Of a stretch of 64,000 bases of DNA, positions 51,053 through 61,299 are shown one piece after another; position 1 is the stretch's first letter, and every line of letters starts with the position of its first letter. The notes below the pieces were generated by a model. It had not been told where the DNA came from. It saw nothing but the letters and a program-made list of their open reading frames with translations, and made no database searches. This stretch comes from a virus. Location of the stretch: the IMG/VR virus record IMGVR_UViG_3300027747_002638. One strand, given 5' to 3'. The position numbers were made by a program, and so were the translations under genes.

Positions 51053-51272
51053 TTAAGTGTTTCGTAAGCAAATACTCTTTTAGCTTTTCTTTTGATTTTT
51101 CGCAAAAATCCTGACCAGTTTTACCACAACATTTTTTAAATTTAGTATTAGTAATGGGACATATTGAATTTTTTGGTATCTTTGGATATATTCTTACTAT
51201 AGGGCTAAATTCTGTTCCCCTAGCGTAGGGATTATTAGAAGAGGTTACAGCCTCTATTTGGTCTTTATTCAT
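51021..51272 (-). CDS. SEC-C motif protein
   Basis: PKIPKNSICPITNTKFKKCCG. Confidence 0.6.
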   Translation of the reverse strand: MNKDQIEAVTSSNNPYARGTEFSPIVRIYPKIPKNSICPITNTKFKKCCGKTGQDFCEKSKEKLKEYLLTKHLNEAEKPKENQ

Positions 51273-51303
51273 TTACTTATTATATAAATAAATATATAAT
51301 AAA

Positions 51304-52416
51304 TCAAATTTTTCCGTGAGCGAAACCTTCATACATACTATTTGGGCTATTTCTCACAGCTTGCACAGTATTATTCCATAGACCACCACGCATATCTTGT
51401 AAATTTCTGAACCCAAGATAACTCATCGCGCTTCTTAGACCATTAGTAAAATCATATACAATATCTTCAATAGATTTATTTTCAATAATTGGAATCAAAG
51501 TATTATCTCCTTCCACAAAAAGGTTCTTTTTGGTTCCATCGTATAGATCGTAATCTTCGACAACATCTTGACTAGCCATTCCTCTATACTTCGCAAATCT
51601 TTTACCATCTACTTCTATGATATTTTCATCATCAACAACATCAAATAAGCCAGCAAAAATTCTACCACAAATAACAGCATCACATCCACTAACAATAGCT
51701 TTAACTAAATCTTTTGGATATCTAATACCACCATCAGCAAGAATACTAGGTCTATGAGATGGGTTAGGTTTATCTTGTTTAAATAAATCAACTTGAGAAA
51801 GTTCCCAATTTCTTACAGCTTTCCAAGCATAATAATTTCCAGTTAAACTTGGACATCCGATTCCAGTTTTAACTTGAGTTAAACACATAGAGCCTGGGCC
51901 AATTAGATGTCTGAATCCATCTGCTTTTAAATTAGCAAGTCTATAAACGCTTTCTTTAGTTAAAGTATTGCCTACGATAACATCTTGAGAAAATCCAGAT
52001 GTCTTAAACCATCTGAGAAAATCTTCAACATTTTTAGCTAAACCATTCGCTGTATCCAAGAAATAAACATTAGTAAATGTACTAGTAGCTCTAATTCTTT
52101 CTTCTGCATCCTTTAACCCAATCGCAGTAACACAGAAATCACTAGCGTCTTTAATGAGTTTAGCTTTAGCTCTTTGATCATCAACAGACATAAATCTATG
52201 TAAAACTCCAGCTGCACCAAGCTTATTCATTTTAATACATGATTTAACGGAAGATACCGTATCCATTGGAGAAAGTATAATAGGAATCTTTATACTACAA
52301 TTTCTTGAAATTTTAGTAGTTGTATCTACTTCTTTTCTAGAAGTAATATCTGAGAAATTTGGGAGCAATGAAATATCATCGTAACTTAAAGCTTCTTTGA
52401 ATTCTTGTTTTTGCAT
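51304..52416 (-). CDS. guaB: IMPDH/GMP reductase family protein (no CBS domains)
   Basis: LSYDDISLLP, SPMDTV, GVLHRF, IGPGSMCLT (catalytic Cys), ADGGIR, YRGMAS, GLRSAMSYLG. Confidence 0.85.
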   Translation of the reverse strand: MQKQEFKEALSYDDISLLPNFSDITSRKEVDTTTKISRNCSIKIPIILSPMDTVSSVKSCIKMNKLGAAGVLHRFMSVDDQRAKAKLIKDASDFCVTAIGLKDAEERIRATSTFTNVYFLDTANGLAKNVEDFLRWFKTSGFSQDVIVGNTLTKESVYRLANLKADGFRHLIGPGSMCLTQVKTGIGCPSLTGNYYAWKAVRNWELSQVDLFKQDKPNPSHRPSILADGGIRYPKDLVKAIVSGCDAVICGRIFAGLFDVVDDENIIEVDGKRFAKYRGMASQDVVEDYDLYDGTKKNLFVEGDNTLIPIIENKSIEDIVYDFTNGLRSAMSYLGFRNLQDMRGGLWNNTVQAVRNSPNSMYEGFAHGKI

Positions 52417-52561
52417 TTAAATATAATACCATCTATTTAATTTATAATCAAGAGGTTTCTTGACTTGTATATAAAAACGTTTTATAATCTGAAAATGGAT
52501 TTATATAATTTATTTTGTGTTTCTTTTGGAATCGTATTAGCAATAATCTGGTTTTTAAAAA

Positions 52562-52984
52562 GTGAAAAAAAGACCTTCATTCGTTGATATAGCTCTTGCT
52601 ACGGCAAAAGTCTGGTCTTTGAGATCAGAAGATCCATATAGAAAAGTAGGATCATGTATTCTAAATAAAGAGGGTAGAGTATTGTCTGCTGGATATAACG
52701 GTTTGCCATCTAAAGTATCAGTTGATGATAAATTTTGGGAGAATAGAGAAGAAAGAAGAAGATACATGATTCACGCAGAGATAAATGCTTTATCTCTTAT
52801 TAAAAGATCTGATGAACCATATATATTAGCATGTACGCTTTTACCATGCTCTTCTTGTGCGACTTCAATAATATCATACGGAATAAAACATGTAGTATAT
52901 TTAGAAGATTATAATTTAGATAAAAATGCGCTTGACATTTTTAGGTTTTATGGAGTACAATTACAGAAGTATGAAAAAGATTAA
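52562..52984 (+). CDS. dCMP deaminase
   Basis: RSEDPYRKVG, GYNG, IHAEINAL, LPCSSCA. Confidence 0.9.
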   Translation: MKKRPSFVDIALATAKVWSLRSEDPYRKVGSCILNKEGRVLSAGYNGLPSKVSVDDKFWENREERRRYMIHAEINALSLIKRSDEPYILACTLLPCSSCATSIISYGIKHVVYLEDYNLDKNALDIFRFYGVQLQKYEKD

Positions 52985-53456
52985 TTTACTATATCTACTA
53001 CTAGCATCATCTTGCTTTTCCCAAGATGGAACTGTATATGAAACTTATAAATATAATAATGGAAGCACCAATTCATCTCATGGAAGTGTGTTTAATAAAC
53101 CTTTTCAAGAATACAATTATGTCAAAACCTCAAGAGGAATCGAAGTATATGAAACTTATAAGTACAAATACGCAGGTTCTACAAATGCATCTCGTAGTTC
53201 CGTAATATCAAAACCATTTCCAGAATATGTGATAGTTAATGACAAGATCTATAGAACATATAAATACGAAAACGGATCTACAAATCAATCTCATGCAAGC
53301 GTATTCAATAAACCATTTGAAGCTGATGTTATAGATCCAAATGCTAATAAAATTAAAACAGTAGTGCAAAAACAATCAAACGAATACAAATCTACTGCTA
53401 AAACATATAATGGACCAACTTATGACGGAGAAACGTATTCGTCAGGAGGAGAGTAA
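52971..53456 (+). CDS. secreted protein with three internal repeats
   Basis: Signal peptide MKKINLLYLLLASSCFS; three copies of YxTYKY..GSTN.S..SV..KPF. Confidence 0.65.
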   Translation: MKKINLLYLLLASSCFSQDGTVYETYKYNNGSTNSSHGSVFNKPFQEYNYVKTSRGIEVYETYKYKYAGSTNASRSSVISKPFPEYVIVNDKIYRTYKYENGSTNQSHASVFNKPFEADVIDPNANKIKTVVQKQSNEYKSTAKTYNGPTYDGETYSSGGE

Positions 53457-54046
53457 TGTTAATAGGTCTAACAGGAGTAGCAAGATCTGGTAAGGATACA
53501 TTTTTTTCTATACTTAAAAAATATCTAGAAGAAAAAAATATAAGTTCTTATCGATTAGCTTTTGCAGATAATCTAAAATTAGAATTAAATGATTTTACAA
53601 AAGATAAATTCAAAATAGATTTATTAAAATGTTCTCCAGAAGAGAAAGAGTTAGTAAGGCCACTTATGGTAGCATATGGTAAATGCAGAAGGAGTCAAAC
53701 AGAAGGAAAATACTGGACATCTATGTTAGACCCGAAAGTTAAAGATCTAATTACAAAAGATATAATTCCAATTGTTACAGACGTTAGATATATTGAATAT
53801 AGAGACGATGAATACTCTTGGTTAAAGTCTCATAATGGTATTTTAATACATATATCGCGAAAATTAGACGATGGAACAGTTATACCTCCAGCTAATATAG
53901 AAGAAAAAGCTAACGATAATAAATTAAAAGCTGTATCAGATATAAATATATGCTGGGAAACATGTCAAGATGTAAATTTTTTATATGAATTAATGCAAAA
54001 ACAACTTAAAAATGTTTATGAAAAATTCTTATTAAATAAAAAATAG
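53456..54046 (+). CDS. deoxynucleoside monophosphate kinase
   Basis: IGLTGVARSGKDT, FADNLK, IVTDVRY. Confidence 0.82.
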   Translation: MLIGLTGVARSGKDTFFSILKKYLEEKNISSYRLAFADNLKLELNDFTKDKFKIDLLKCSPEEKELVRPLMVAYGKCRRSQTEGKYWTSMLDPKVKDLITKDIIPIVTDVRYIEYRDDEYSWLKSHNGILIHISRKLDDGTVIPPANIEEKANDNKLKAVSDINICWETCQDVNFLYELMQKQLKNVYEKFLLNKK

Positions 54047-54055
54047 AAAGATAAT

Positions 54056-54661
54056 ATGCAAATATACCCCGAAACAGATAACGATCTTATAAAAAATATA
54101 AAAGAGAAAAATGATGAGGATTCATTAAAAGTCTTAATAGAAAGACATAGTCCATTGTGTCATTCTTTATATAAAAAATACTCTATACCATTAAATTCAT
54201 CTGGAGTTTATATGGAAGATTTGACTAGTCAGAAGGATTATATCATATATAAATCAGCATTATCATTTGATCCAGATAGAAAATCAAAATTTTCCACTTG
54301 GTTATATAATCAAGTTAGATATCAATGTTTAAATTGCATTAACGAGAATAAGCCTTATGTAAAACTAGAGGATATGACGCTTAATAAACTTATTGATGAA
54401 AATAATAATATTAACTATTATCAAGACAAACATAACGAAGATTTAAATGAATATATTTATAATATATTGAACTATATATCAGATAAAAGAGTAGTTAAAA
54501 TATTCAAATTAAGATATTCTGAAAAAAATAAAAAGATGCCTTGGAGTAAAATAGCTAAATCATTAAAAATAAGTACCCAAACTGCTATTAATTTACATAA
54601 TAAGACATTAAAAATTTTAAAATTTAAATTAAAAAGTAATAATTTATTTGACAAATTTTAA
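54056..54661 (+). CDS. phage-encoded RNA polymerase sigma factor
   Basis: Region 2 (FDPDRKSKFSTWLYNQVRY) and region 4 HTH (PWSKIAKSLKISTQTA). Confidence 0.8.
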   Translation: MQIYPETDNDLIKNIKEKNDEDSLKVLIERHSPLCHSLYKKYSIPLNSSGVYMEDLTSQKDYIIYKSALSFDPDRKSKFSTWLYNQVRYQCLNCINENKPYVKLEDMTLNKLIDENNNINYYQDKHNEDLNEYIYNILNYISDKRVVKIFKLRYSEKNKKMPWSKIAKSLKISTQTAINLHNKTLKILKFKLKSNNLFDKF

Positions 54662-54682
54662 TAAAAGATATAAAATATAAAA

Positions 54683-55000
54683 ATGAATAATACAAATCAA
54701 AATACAAACAAGAACCAAAATGAGCTAGGCGCACTTTGGAAGAAGAAGAGCAAAACAGGAATGTCGTTCCTATCTGGATATATCAATGACCATGATGGTC
54801 AAAGAATCGATGTAGTAGTTTTTGCTAACAGCAAGAAAACTAATGAGAAAGCTCCAGATTATAGACTATATGTATCGAAGCCATTAGATGGACAAAACAA
54901 ACAAACTTCTGCGGTTCCAGTAAAAACTGCACAAGTAAAAGCAGTTGCACCACAAAAAGTTAAGCAAATTCTACAAGAAGACGAAGACGATATTCTATGA
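54683..55000 (+). CDS. DUF736-like protein (possible ssDNA-binding, acidic tail)
   Basis: LGALWKK...FLSG...N..K...KAPDYRLY; EDEDDIL C-terminus. Confidence 0.6.
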   Translation: MNNTNQNTNKNQNELGALWKKKSKTGMSFLSGYINDHDGQRIDVVVFANSKKTNEKAPDYRLYVSKPLDGQNKQTSAVPVKTAQVKAVAPQKVKQILQEDEDDIL

Positions 55001-56085
55001 GTTTAGCTTTAAACTTACCAATTAATAGCGTAAGTTTTGGACAAGTTTCAACTTCTTTTCTAAGGAATCTATACGAAAGGAAGTTGGAACCGACCATTTT
55101 TCCTATAGGTCAAAATATAGACCTTTCATCGCAATCAAACGCAGATGAAAAATTTTTTCAATGGATAAATTCCACGATTGGAAAAAGTTTGAGTATACAT
55201 AATAGAAATAATAAAATCTTTAAATTATGGCATATTAATGGCAGCTTAGAAAGCCTATCGAAAGAGCAAGTATTATTTTCATTTTATGAATTAGATTCTC
55301 CAACTAAAGAAGAAGTTAATATAGTAAAAAATAATTCATTAGTTTTATTTAGCTCTACTCAAGCAGTAGATCTTTTTAAGAAAGAAGGCTGCTCAAACGT
55401 ACAATTTGTTCCATTATTTTTTGATAAATACAACTTTGAAACAAAAGATAAACAGTACTTTTCAGATACTAGAATTGTTTTTAATTTAGTAGGCAAATTA
55501 GAAAAAAGAAAACATCATGAAAAAGTTCTAAAGCTATGGGCATCAAGATTTGGCAATAATCCAAAGTATTCCCTACAATGCTCTATTTTCAATCCATTCA
55601 TGGACCAAAAAGCTCAATCTGCAATTCTAAATAATTGGCTAGAAGGAAAATCTTATTTCAATATTTCATTTTTAAATTTTATGCAAAAAAATAACGCATA
55701 CAATGACTATCTTAATAGTGCTAATATTATTATAGGAATGAGTGGTGGAGAAGGTTGGGGATTGCCAGAGTTTCATTCTGTTGCTATGGGAAAACATTCT
55801 ATTATTTTAAATGCTTCATCTTACAAAGATTGGGCAAACAAAGATAATAGCGTTTTAGTAGAACCAAATGGTAAAATAGAAAGTTACGATGGCATGTTCT
55901 TTCACAAAGGACAACCATTTAATCAAGGTAATATACATGATTTTGACCCAAAAGACTTTTTAGATGCATGTGAAAAAGCTATTGCTAGAGTTGAATCAAA
56001 TAAAGTCAATCAAGCTGGATTACAACTTCAAAAAGATTTTACAATAGATAAATTTACTGATAAAATACTTTCATTATTAAAATAA
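54997..56085 (+). CDS. GT-B glycosyltransferase (family 4-like)
   Basis: GKLEKRK...SGGEGWGLPEFHSVAMGK. Confidence 0.75.
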   Translation: MSLALNLPINSVSFGQVSTSFLRNLYERKLEPTIFPIGQNIDLSSQSNADEKFFQWINSTIGKSLSIHNRNNKIFKLWHINGSLESLSKEQVLFSFYELDSPTKEEVNIVKNNSLVLFSSTQAVDLFKKEGCSNVQFVPLFFDKYNFETKDKQYFSDTRIVFNLVGKLEKRKHHEKVLKLWASRFGNNPKYSLQCSIFNPFMDQKAQSAILNNWLEGKSYFNISFLNFMQKNNAYNDYLNSANIIIGMSGGEGWGLPEFHSVAMGKHSIILNASSYKDWANKDNSVLVEPNGKIESYDGMFFHKGQPFNQGNIHDFDPKDFLDACEKAIARVESNKVNQAGLQLQKDFTIDKFTDKILSLLK

Positions 56086-56435
56086 TGCCAATATATTTAT
56101 ATCAAAATCCAAAAACTCAAGAAATTATAGAAGTTATACAATCTGTAAATGATACTCATGAATTTATTGATAAGAATAATTTAAAATGGAATAGAGTTTT
56201 TACTGCTCCAGAATTAAATACTCAAGGATCATTAGACGTCAATTGCGATGCAAAAAAGTTCTCGGAGTTTACTGCAAATAAAAAAGGTACAGTTGGAGAC
56301 ATGTGGGACAGAAGCGCCGAGTTATCAGAAAAAAGAAAAAAAATTTACGGGGAAGACCCAGTAAAGAAAAAGTATTATTCGGATTGGTCTAAAAAAAGAA
56401 AAGGTAAAGTACACCCAAAAAGTCATTCAGACTAA
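56085..56435 (+). CDS. FmdB-like N-terminal domain protein
   Basis: MPIYLYQNPKTQEIIEVIQS...RVFTAP. Confidence 0.55.
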   Translation: MPIYLYQNPKTQEIIEVIQSVNDTHEFIDKNNLKWNRVFTAPELNTQGSLDVNCDAKKFSEFTANKKGTVGDMWDRSAELSEKRKKIYGEDPVKKKYYSDWSKKRKGKVHPKSHSD

Positions 56436-56509
56436 ATTGTTAGTAAGTTTTTAAAATTTTCTTTCTTTATATTTAAAATCAATGTAATATAGTTTTTCAA
56501 CTAGTTACT

Positions 56510-58771
56510 ATGAATAAAAATACAAATGTAAAAAAAAGAAATGGTGTTACAGAAAAGTTTAATATAGAAAAAATAAACAAAGTAATAAATTGGGCTATAG
56601 ATGGTTATAGTGGAGTTAGCTTAACAGACGTAGAGATTAATGCTAAAATTAATATTCATGATGGAATAACAACTAAAGAAATTCATAATCTTTTAATTGA
56701 AAGCGCAGCGAATTTAATTTCAATCGACAAGCCAAATTATCAATATGTCGCAGCAAGATTATTAAATTATCAGCTCAGAAAAGATGTTTGGAAAGGCAAA
56801 CATGCTCCTAGATTATCAGAATTTTTAAATCAAAATATTAAAAACAAAGTTTACGATGCAGTTATTTTGGATCACTATTCAGAAGATGAGATAAATAAAA
56901 TCGGAGAATTTATTGATCACGATAGAGATTTTATTTTCACTTATGCTGGTATTAAACAACTTTGCGATAAATACTTAATAAAGAATAGAACAACTGGAGA
57001 AATTCATGAAACTCCCCAATTTGCTTATATATTAATTGCGGCATACGCTTTCGCTAAATATCCTACAGAGACTAGACTTTCTTATATTAGAAAATTTTAT
57101 GATTCTATTAGTAAACATAAGATCAATCTTCCAACGCCAGTAATGGCAGGAGTTAGAACTAGTAGCAGAAATTATGCTAGTTGTTGTTTGATTGGGGTAG
57201 ACGATACAAGAGAAAGTATTACAGCTAGTGCAACTGCTGTTAGTATGGCTACTGCAAATAGATGCGGAATTGGTATTGATGTTTCTAAAATTAGAGCTAT
57301 TGGTTCTCCAATTAAAAATGGAGAAGTTGTTCATACTGGTTTAATTCCATTTTTAAAAATCTATGAAAGTAGCGTGAAGGCGTGGCAACAAAATGGACTA
57401 CGAGGTGGAAGTGCAACTTGTAATATTCAATGGTGGCATTACGAAATTGAAGATGTTGTTGTATTAAAAAATAACGCGGGTACAGATGACAATCGAGTTC
57501 GCAAGCTTGATTATACAGTTGGCATGAGCAAGTTGTTTTATGATAGAGTACTAAAAGATGAAGATATTACTTTATTTAATAATTCTGAAGTTCCAGAGCT
57601 TTATGAAGCATGGGGAACAAAAGACTTTGATAAAGTATACAAAGAATGTGAATCAAAGAAACTAAAACTTAAAAAGAAAATATCTGCTCGTAAATTATTT
57701 TCACTTATAGTTAAAGAAAGAGTTGAAACTGGTAGAATTTATATCTTGAACGTAGATCACGCTAACGAACATGGAGCTTGGGCTGATAAAGTAACAATGA
57801 GTAATCTTTGTACAGAAGTTATTCATCCAACAATACCATTAAATGATTATAATGATAAAAATGGTGAAATTGGAATGTGTATTCTTTCGGCAGTAAATAT
57901 GCTAGAAATAAAAAACTGGCAAGATCTTGAAAAGACTTGCGATCTTATCGTAAGATTTCTTGATGAGATCATTGAACTTCAAGATTATTTTAATATTGCT
58001 GCTGAAAATTTTGCTAAAAAACGCAGAAGTCTTGGAGTTGGAATTACCAATCTTGCAGCTTTTCTTGCTAAAAATGAATTAAAATATAGTTCAGATAAAT
58101 CTTTATCAGTTATAGACGAATGGATGGAACATTTTCAATATTATTTATTAAAAAGTAGTATTGAATTAGCTAAAGAAAAAGGTAAATGTGAAAAATTTGA
58201 TAAAACTAAATATTCTAAAGGCATATTACCTATTGATACATATAAAGATAAAGTAGATGAACTAGTTAAAAGAAAATTTTCTCTTGATTGGGAAAAATTA
58301 AGAAAAGATATTAAAGAGTTTGGATTAAGACATTCAACGCTATCTTCCTGTATGCCTTGCGAAAGTAGCTCAGTGATTCAATGCTCTACAAATGGAGTTG
58401 AACCTATTCGTAGTCTTATAACTTATAAGACTAGTAAAATGGGTAAACTTCCAGTTATGGTTCCAGGAATTGGAAAATACGAGGATAATTATGAATTAGC
58501 TTATGATCTTAAAGATAATATTGGGCTACTTAAAATTAATGCAGTAATTCAAAAATATATTGACATGGCTATATCAAGTAATGTATACTATAATTATAGT
58601 CATTATGAAAATCATATATTACCAGACGCAAAAGTTATGAAAGAATTAATATATGCATATAGCCTTGGATTAATAAGTTTGTATTATAATAATACGGACG
58701 ATGGAGATAAAGAACAATCACTTAATCAAAAAGAAGATAGAGATTGTTCCAGTGGAGCATGTAAACTATAA
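56510..58771 (+). CDS. nrdA: ribonucleoside-diphosphate reductase class Ia, alpha subunit
   Basis: ATP cone (VKKRNG), TPVMAG, ASCCL, SNLCTE, C-terminal CSSGACKL. Confidence 0.96.
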   Translation: MNKNTNVKKRNGVTEKFNIEKINKVINWAIDGYSGVSLTDVEINAKINIHDGITTKEIHNLLIESAANLISIDKPNYQYVAARLLNYQLRKDVWKGKHAPRLSEFLNQNIKNKVYDAVILDHYSEDEINKIGEFIDHDRDFIFTYAGIKQLCDKYLIKNRTTGEIHETPQFAYILIAAYAFAKYPTETRLSYIRKFYDSISKHKINLPTPVMAGVRTSSRNYASCCLIGVDDTRESITASATAVSMATANRCGIGIDVSKIRAIGSPIKNGEVVHTGLIPFLKIYESSVKAWQQNGLRGGSATCNIQWWHYEIEDVVVLKNNAGTDDNRVRKLDYTVGMSKLFYDRVLKDEDITLFNNSEVPELYEAWGTKDFDKVYKECESKKLKLKKKISARKLFSLIVKERVETGRIYILNVDHANEHGAWADKVTMSNLCTEVIHPTIPLNDYNDKNGEIGMCILSAVNMLEIKNWQDLEKTCDLIVRFLDEIIELQDYFNIAAENFAKKRRSLGVGITNLAAFLAKNELKYSSDKSLSVIDEWMEHFQYYLLKSSIELAKEKGKCEKFDKTKYSKGILPIDTYKDKVDELVKRKFSLDWEKLRKDIKEFGLRHSTLSSCMPCESSSVIQCSTNGVEPIRSLITYKTSKMGKLPVMVPGIGKYEDNYELAYDLKDNIGLLKINAVIQKYIDMAISSNVYYNYSHYENHILPDAKVMKELIYAYSLGLISLYYNNTDDGDKEQSLNQKEDRDCSSGACKL

Positions 58772-58774
58772 TCT

Positions 58775-59839
58775 ATGAAAACAGTTTTAAATTTTAAAAA
58801 TATAGATACTACTAAACAACCATTATTTCTTGGTGAAGATCTTAATCTTCAAAGATATGATCGTTTTAAATATCCTATATTTTTTGAATTATTCAAGAAA
58901 CAAAATGAAAATTTTTGGTGGCCACATGAAATCGCTTTAGGGAAAGATCGTAGTGATTACAAAAATTTAACAGATACAGAAAGATTTGTGTTTGATAGTA
59001 ATTTAAGATTTCAAACTCTTGGAGATAGCATGCTATCTCGTAGTATTCATTCTCTTAAAGATTATGTAAGTAATCCAGAGCTTGAGATTTGCATGAATAC
59101 TTGGGCACAATTTGAAGGTATTCATAGTTATTCTTATTCTTATCTATTAAATAATGTATATCCAGATCCTACTAAATTCTTTGATAGCATCATGGAAGAT
59201 AAAGAGATTACTAGTCGTGCGGAGTTAATTAGAAATAACTTTGATAAAATTCTTGGTGATGATGAAAAGAAAGATCCTAAACAAAAGATTTTTGACGCTA
59301 TTCTTTCTATCAATGTAATGGAAGGGCTTGTATTTTATGTTTCATTTGCTTGTTCTTTTTACTTTGGATACAGAGGAAAGATGGAAGGCAATTCTAAGAT
59401 TATTAAATTCATTCAACGAGATGAAGCCCTGCATTTTGCAGTTAGTCAAAATCTGCTTAAAATATTAAGAGATGAAGATAAAGAAGGCTTTACTAGTATA
59501 GTTAAGAAAAGTGAAGATAAGATTTACGCTTTCTATGAACAAGCCGCAAAAAATGAAAGCGAATGGTCTAAGTATTTATTCAGTAAAGGTAGCTTACTTG
59601 GTTTAAATGCTGATGTTTTAGATGGGTATTCTAAATGGTTGTGCGATTCAAGACTTAGAAGCCTTGGTTATAAGAAGATATTTAATCAAAAAGATAACCC
59701 TATATCTGGATGGTTAGATAGCTATTTAGATAGTAGTAAAGTCCAAGTCGCACCTCAAGAAACAGAGATTTCTAGCTATAAAGTGGGAGCAAGGAAAACG
59801 GACATCTCTGATGATGATTTTGATGATTTAAAACTGTAA
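58775..59839 (+). CDS. nrdB: ribonucleoside-diphosphate reductase class Ia, beta subunit
   Basis: FWWPHE, QTLGDS, EGIHSYSY (radical Tyr), EGLVFYVSF, RDEALH, VAPQETEISSY. Confidence 0.96.
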   Translation: MKTVLNFKNIDTTKQPLFLGEDLNLQRYDRFKYPIFFELFKKQNENFWWPHEIALGKDRSDYKNLTDTERFVFDSNLRFQTLGDSMLSRSIHSLKDYVSNPELEICMNTWAQFEGIHSYSYSYLLNNVYPDPTKFFDSIMEDKEITSRAELIRNNFDKILGDDEKKDPKQKIFDAILSINVMEGLVFYVSFACSFYFGYRGKMEGNSKIIKFIQRDEALHFAVSQNLLKILRDEDKEGFTSIVKKSEDKIYAFYEQAAKNESEWSKYLFSKGSLLGLNADVLDGYSKWLCDSRLRSLGYKKIFNQKDNPISGWLDSYLDSSKVQVAPQETEISSYKVGARKTDISDDDFDDLKL

Positions 59840-59868
59840 TAGTTATATATTAATGTGTAATTATCTAT

Positions 59869-60201
59869 GTGAATTTAGATATTACATTACTATTTAATCT
59901 TATTTTAGGAGCATTATCTTTTTTAGGTGGATGGTTATTTACTAGAGTATTCTCTCTTTTTGATAAGCAAGAAAATCTAATGAAGGAAATTAATGATAAA
60001 ACTTTTAGTGATTTTATAACTTTAAGGAAAGAAATGGAATTAGAAGGAAGAAAGCATCAACAAGAAATAGCTGATTTAGCTTTAAAAATAAGCACAACTT
60101 ATGTTACTAAAGAGTCTTTTGATGATTATTTTGACAGAATAGAACAAAAATTGGATCGTAATTTTGATGTCATTCAGCAGCATTTAATAAATAAAAAATA
60201 A
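59869..60201 (+). CDS. membrane-anchored coiled-coil protein
   Basis: N-terminal TM helix; YVTKESF...RIEQKLD motif; GTGTAA 8 nt upstream. Confidence 0.55.
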   Translation: MNLDITLLFNLILGALSFLGGWLFTRVFSLFDKQENLMKEINDKTFSDFITLRKEMELEGRKHQQEIADLALKISTTYVTKESFDDYFDRIEQKLDRNFDVIQQHLINKK

Positions 60202-60239
60202 TCTTTACATAACTATATATTAATAGTAATATATAATTG

Positions 60240-61235
60240 ATGGTAAATTATGTTGATATTATTTTTGGATTAGCTTGGGGAGACGAAGGAAAAGGCAAAA
60301 TAAGTAATGCTATTAGTAAAAACTATGATATTGTTTGCCGTTGGAATGGTGGTCCCAATGCAGGCCATACAGTTTATCTTAATAATAAAAAATATAAAAC
60401 TCATATTATCCCTTGTGGAGTTTTTCAGAATAAACTTAGCATCATTGGTCCAAATTGCGTTATCAATATTGATAAATTTTTTGACGAAATAGAATATCTT
60501 CAAAAAGAAGGATTTGATACATCCTTAATTAAAGTGAGCCCAAAAGCTCATATCATCACAGAAAGACATATTCAATATGATCTCAAGTTCTTAAAGCCCA
60601 AACTTGGCACAACTGGCCAAGGAATTGCTCCAGCTTATTCAGATAAAATGTTACGAATAGGAAAATTAGCAGGAGATTATATTGATAAAAAATATCTTTG
60701 GGACGGAGAACTTTATGGCAATATCCTATGTGAAGGAGCGCAAAGTTTTTGGTTAGATATAAATTATGGAGATTATCCATATGTCACAAGTAGCGAGACT
60801 CTTCCATATTCAGCATGTTCATTAGGATTTTCTCCTAAGAAAATTAGAGATATTATAGGTATTGCAAAAATTTACGATACAAAAAGTGGAGTAGATCCAT
60901 TATTTCCAGAATCCCTATGGGATAATCAAGATTTAGTAAAACTAATTGAACTAGGAAAAGAATTTGGCTCAACAACAGGAAGGAAAAGGTTAGCGAATTG
61001 GTTAAGATTAAATCATTTAAAGAAAGCGATTAAAACATCAGGCACAAATAAACTTATTATAAACAAATGTGATATTATTGAACAACTTAATACTTTTAAA
61101 GTTATACTAGATAATCAAAAAGACGGACCAAATTTTATAAAGTTTAATAATCTTAATGATATGAAGAATTTCATTTTTAATGAATTAAAAGAGTATTGTG
61201 AAGTTATTTTTTCTGGAGATAGAAGTTATATTTAA
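60240..61235 (+). CDS. purA: adenylosuccinate synthetase (short form)
   Basis: GLAWGDEGKGK, GGPNAGHT, LGTTGQGIAPAY, EGAQ, YPYVTSS, EFGSTTGRKR. Confidence 0.92.
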   Translation: MVNYVDIIFGLAWGDEGKGKISNAISKNYDIVCRWNGGPNAGHTVYLNNKKYKTHIIPCGVFQNKLSIIGPNCVINIDKFFDEIEYLQKEGFDTSLIKVSPKAHIITERHIQYDLKFLKPKLGTTGQGIAPAYSDKMLRIGKLAGDYIDKKYLWDGELYGNILCEGAQSFWLDINYGDYPYVTSSETLPYSACSLGFSPKKIRDIIGIAKIYDTKSGVDPLFPESLWDNQDLVKLIELGKEFGSTTGRKRLANWLRLNHLKKAIKTSGTNKLIINKCDIIEQLNTFKVILDNQKDGPNFIKFNNLNDMKNFIFNELKEYCEVIFSGDRSYI

Positions 61236-61299
61236 AACCATTCATATATTGTATAATTTATAATATATATTGTTATTTTTTGTGTAATTGATTATAATT

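Noticed and set aside
60240-61235. PurZ (2-aminoadenine genome)
   Set aside because: The motif is GDEGKG with the catalytic Asp of PurA, not the Ser-containing PurZ motif.
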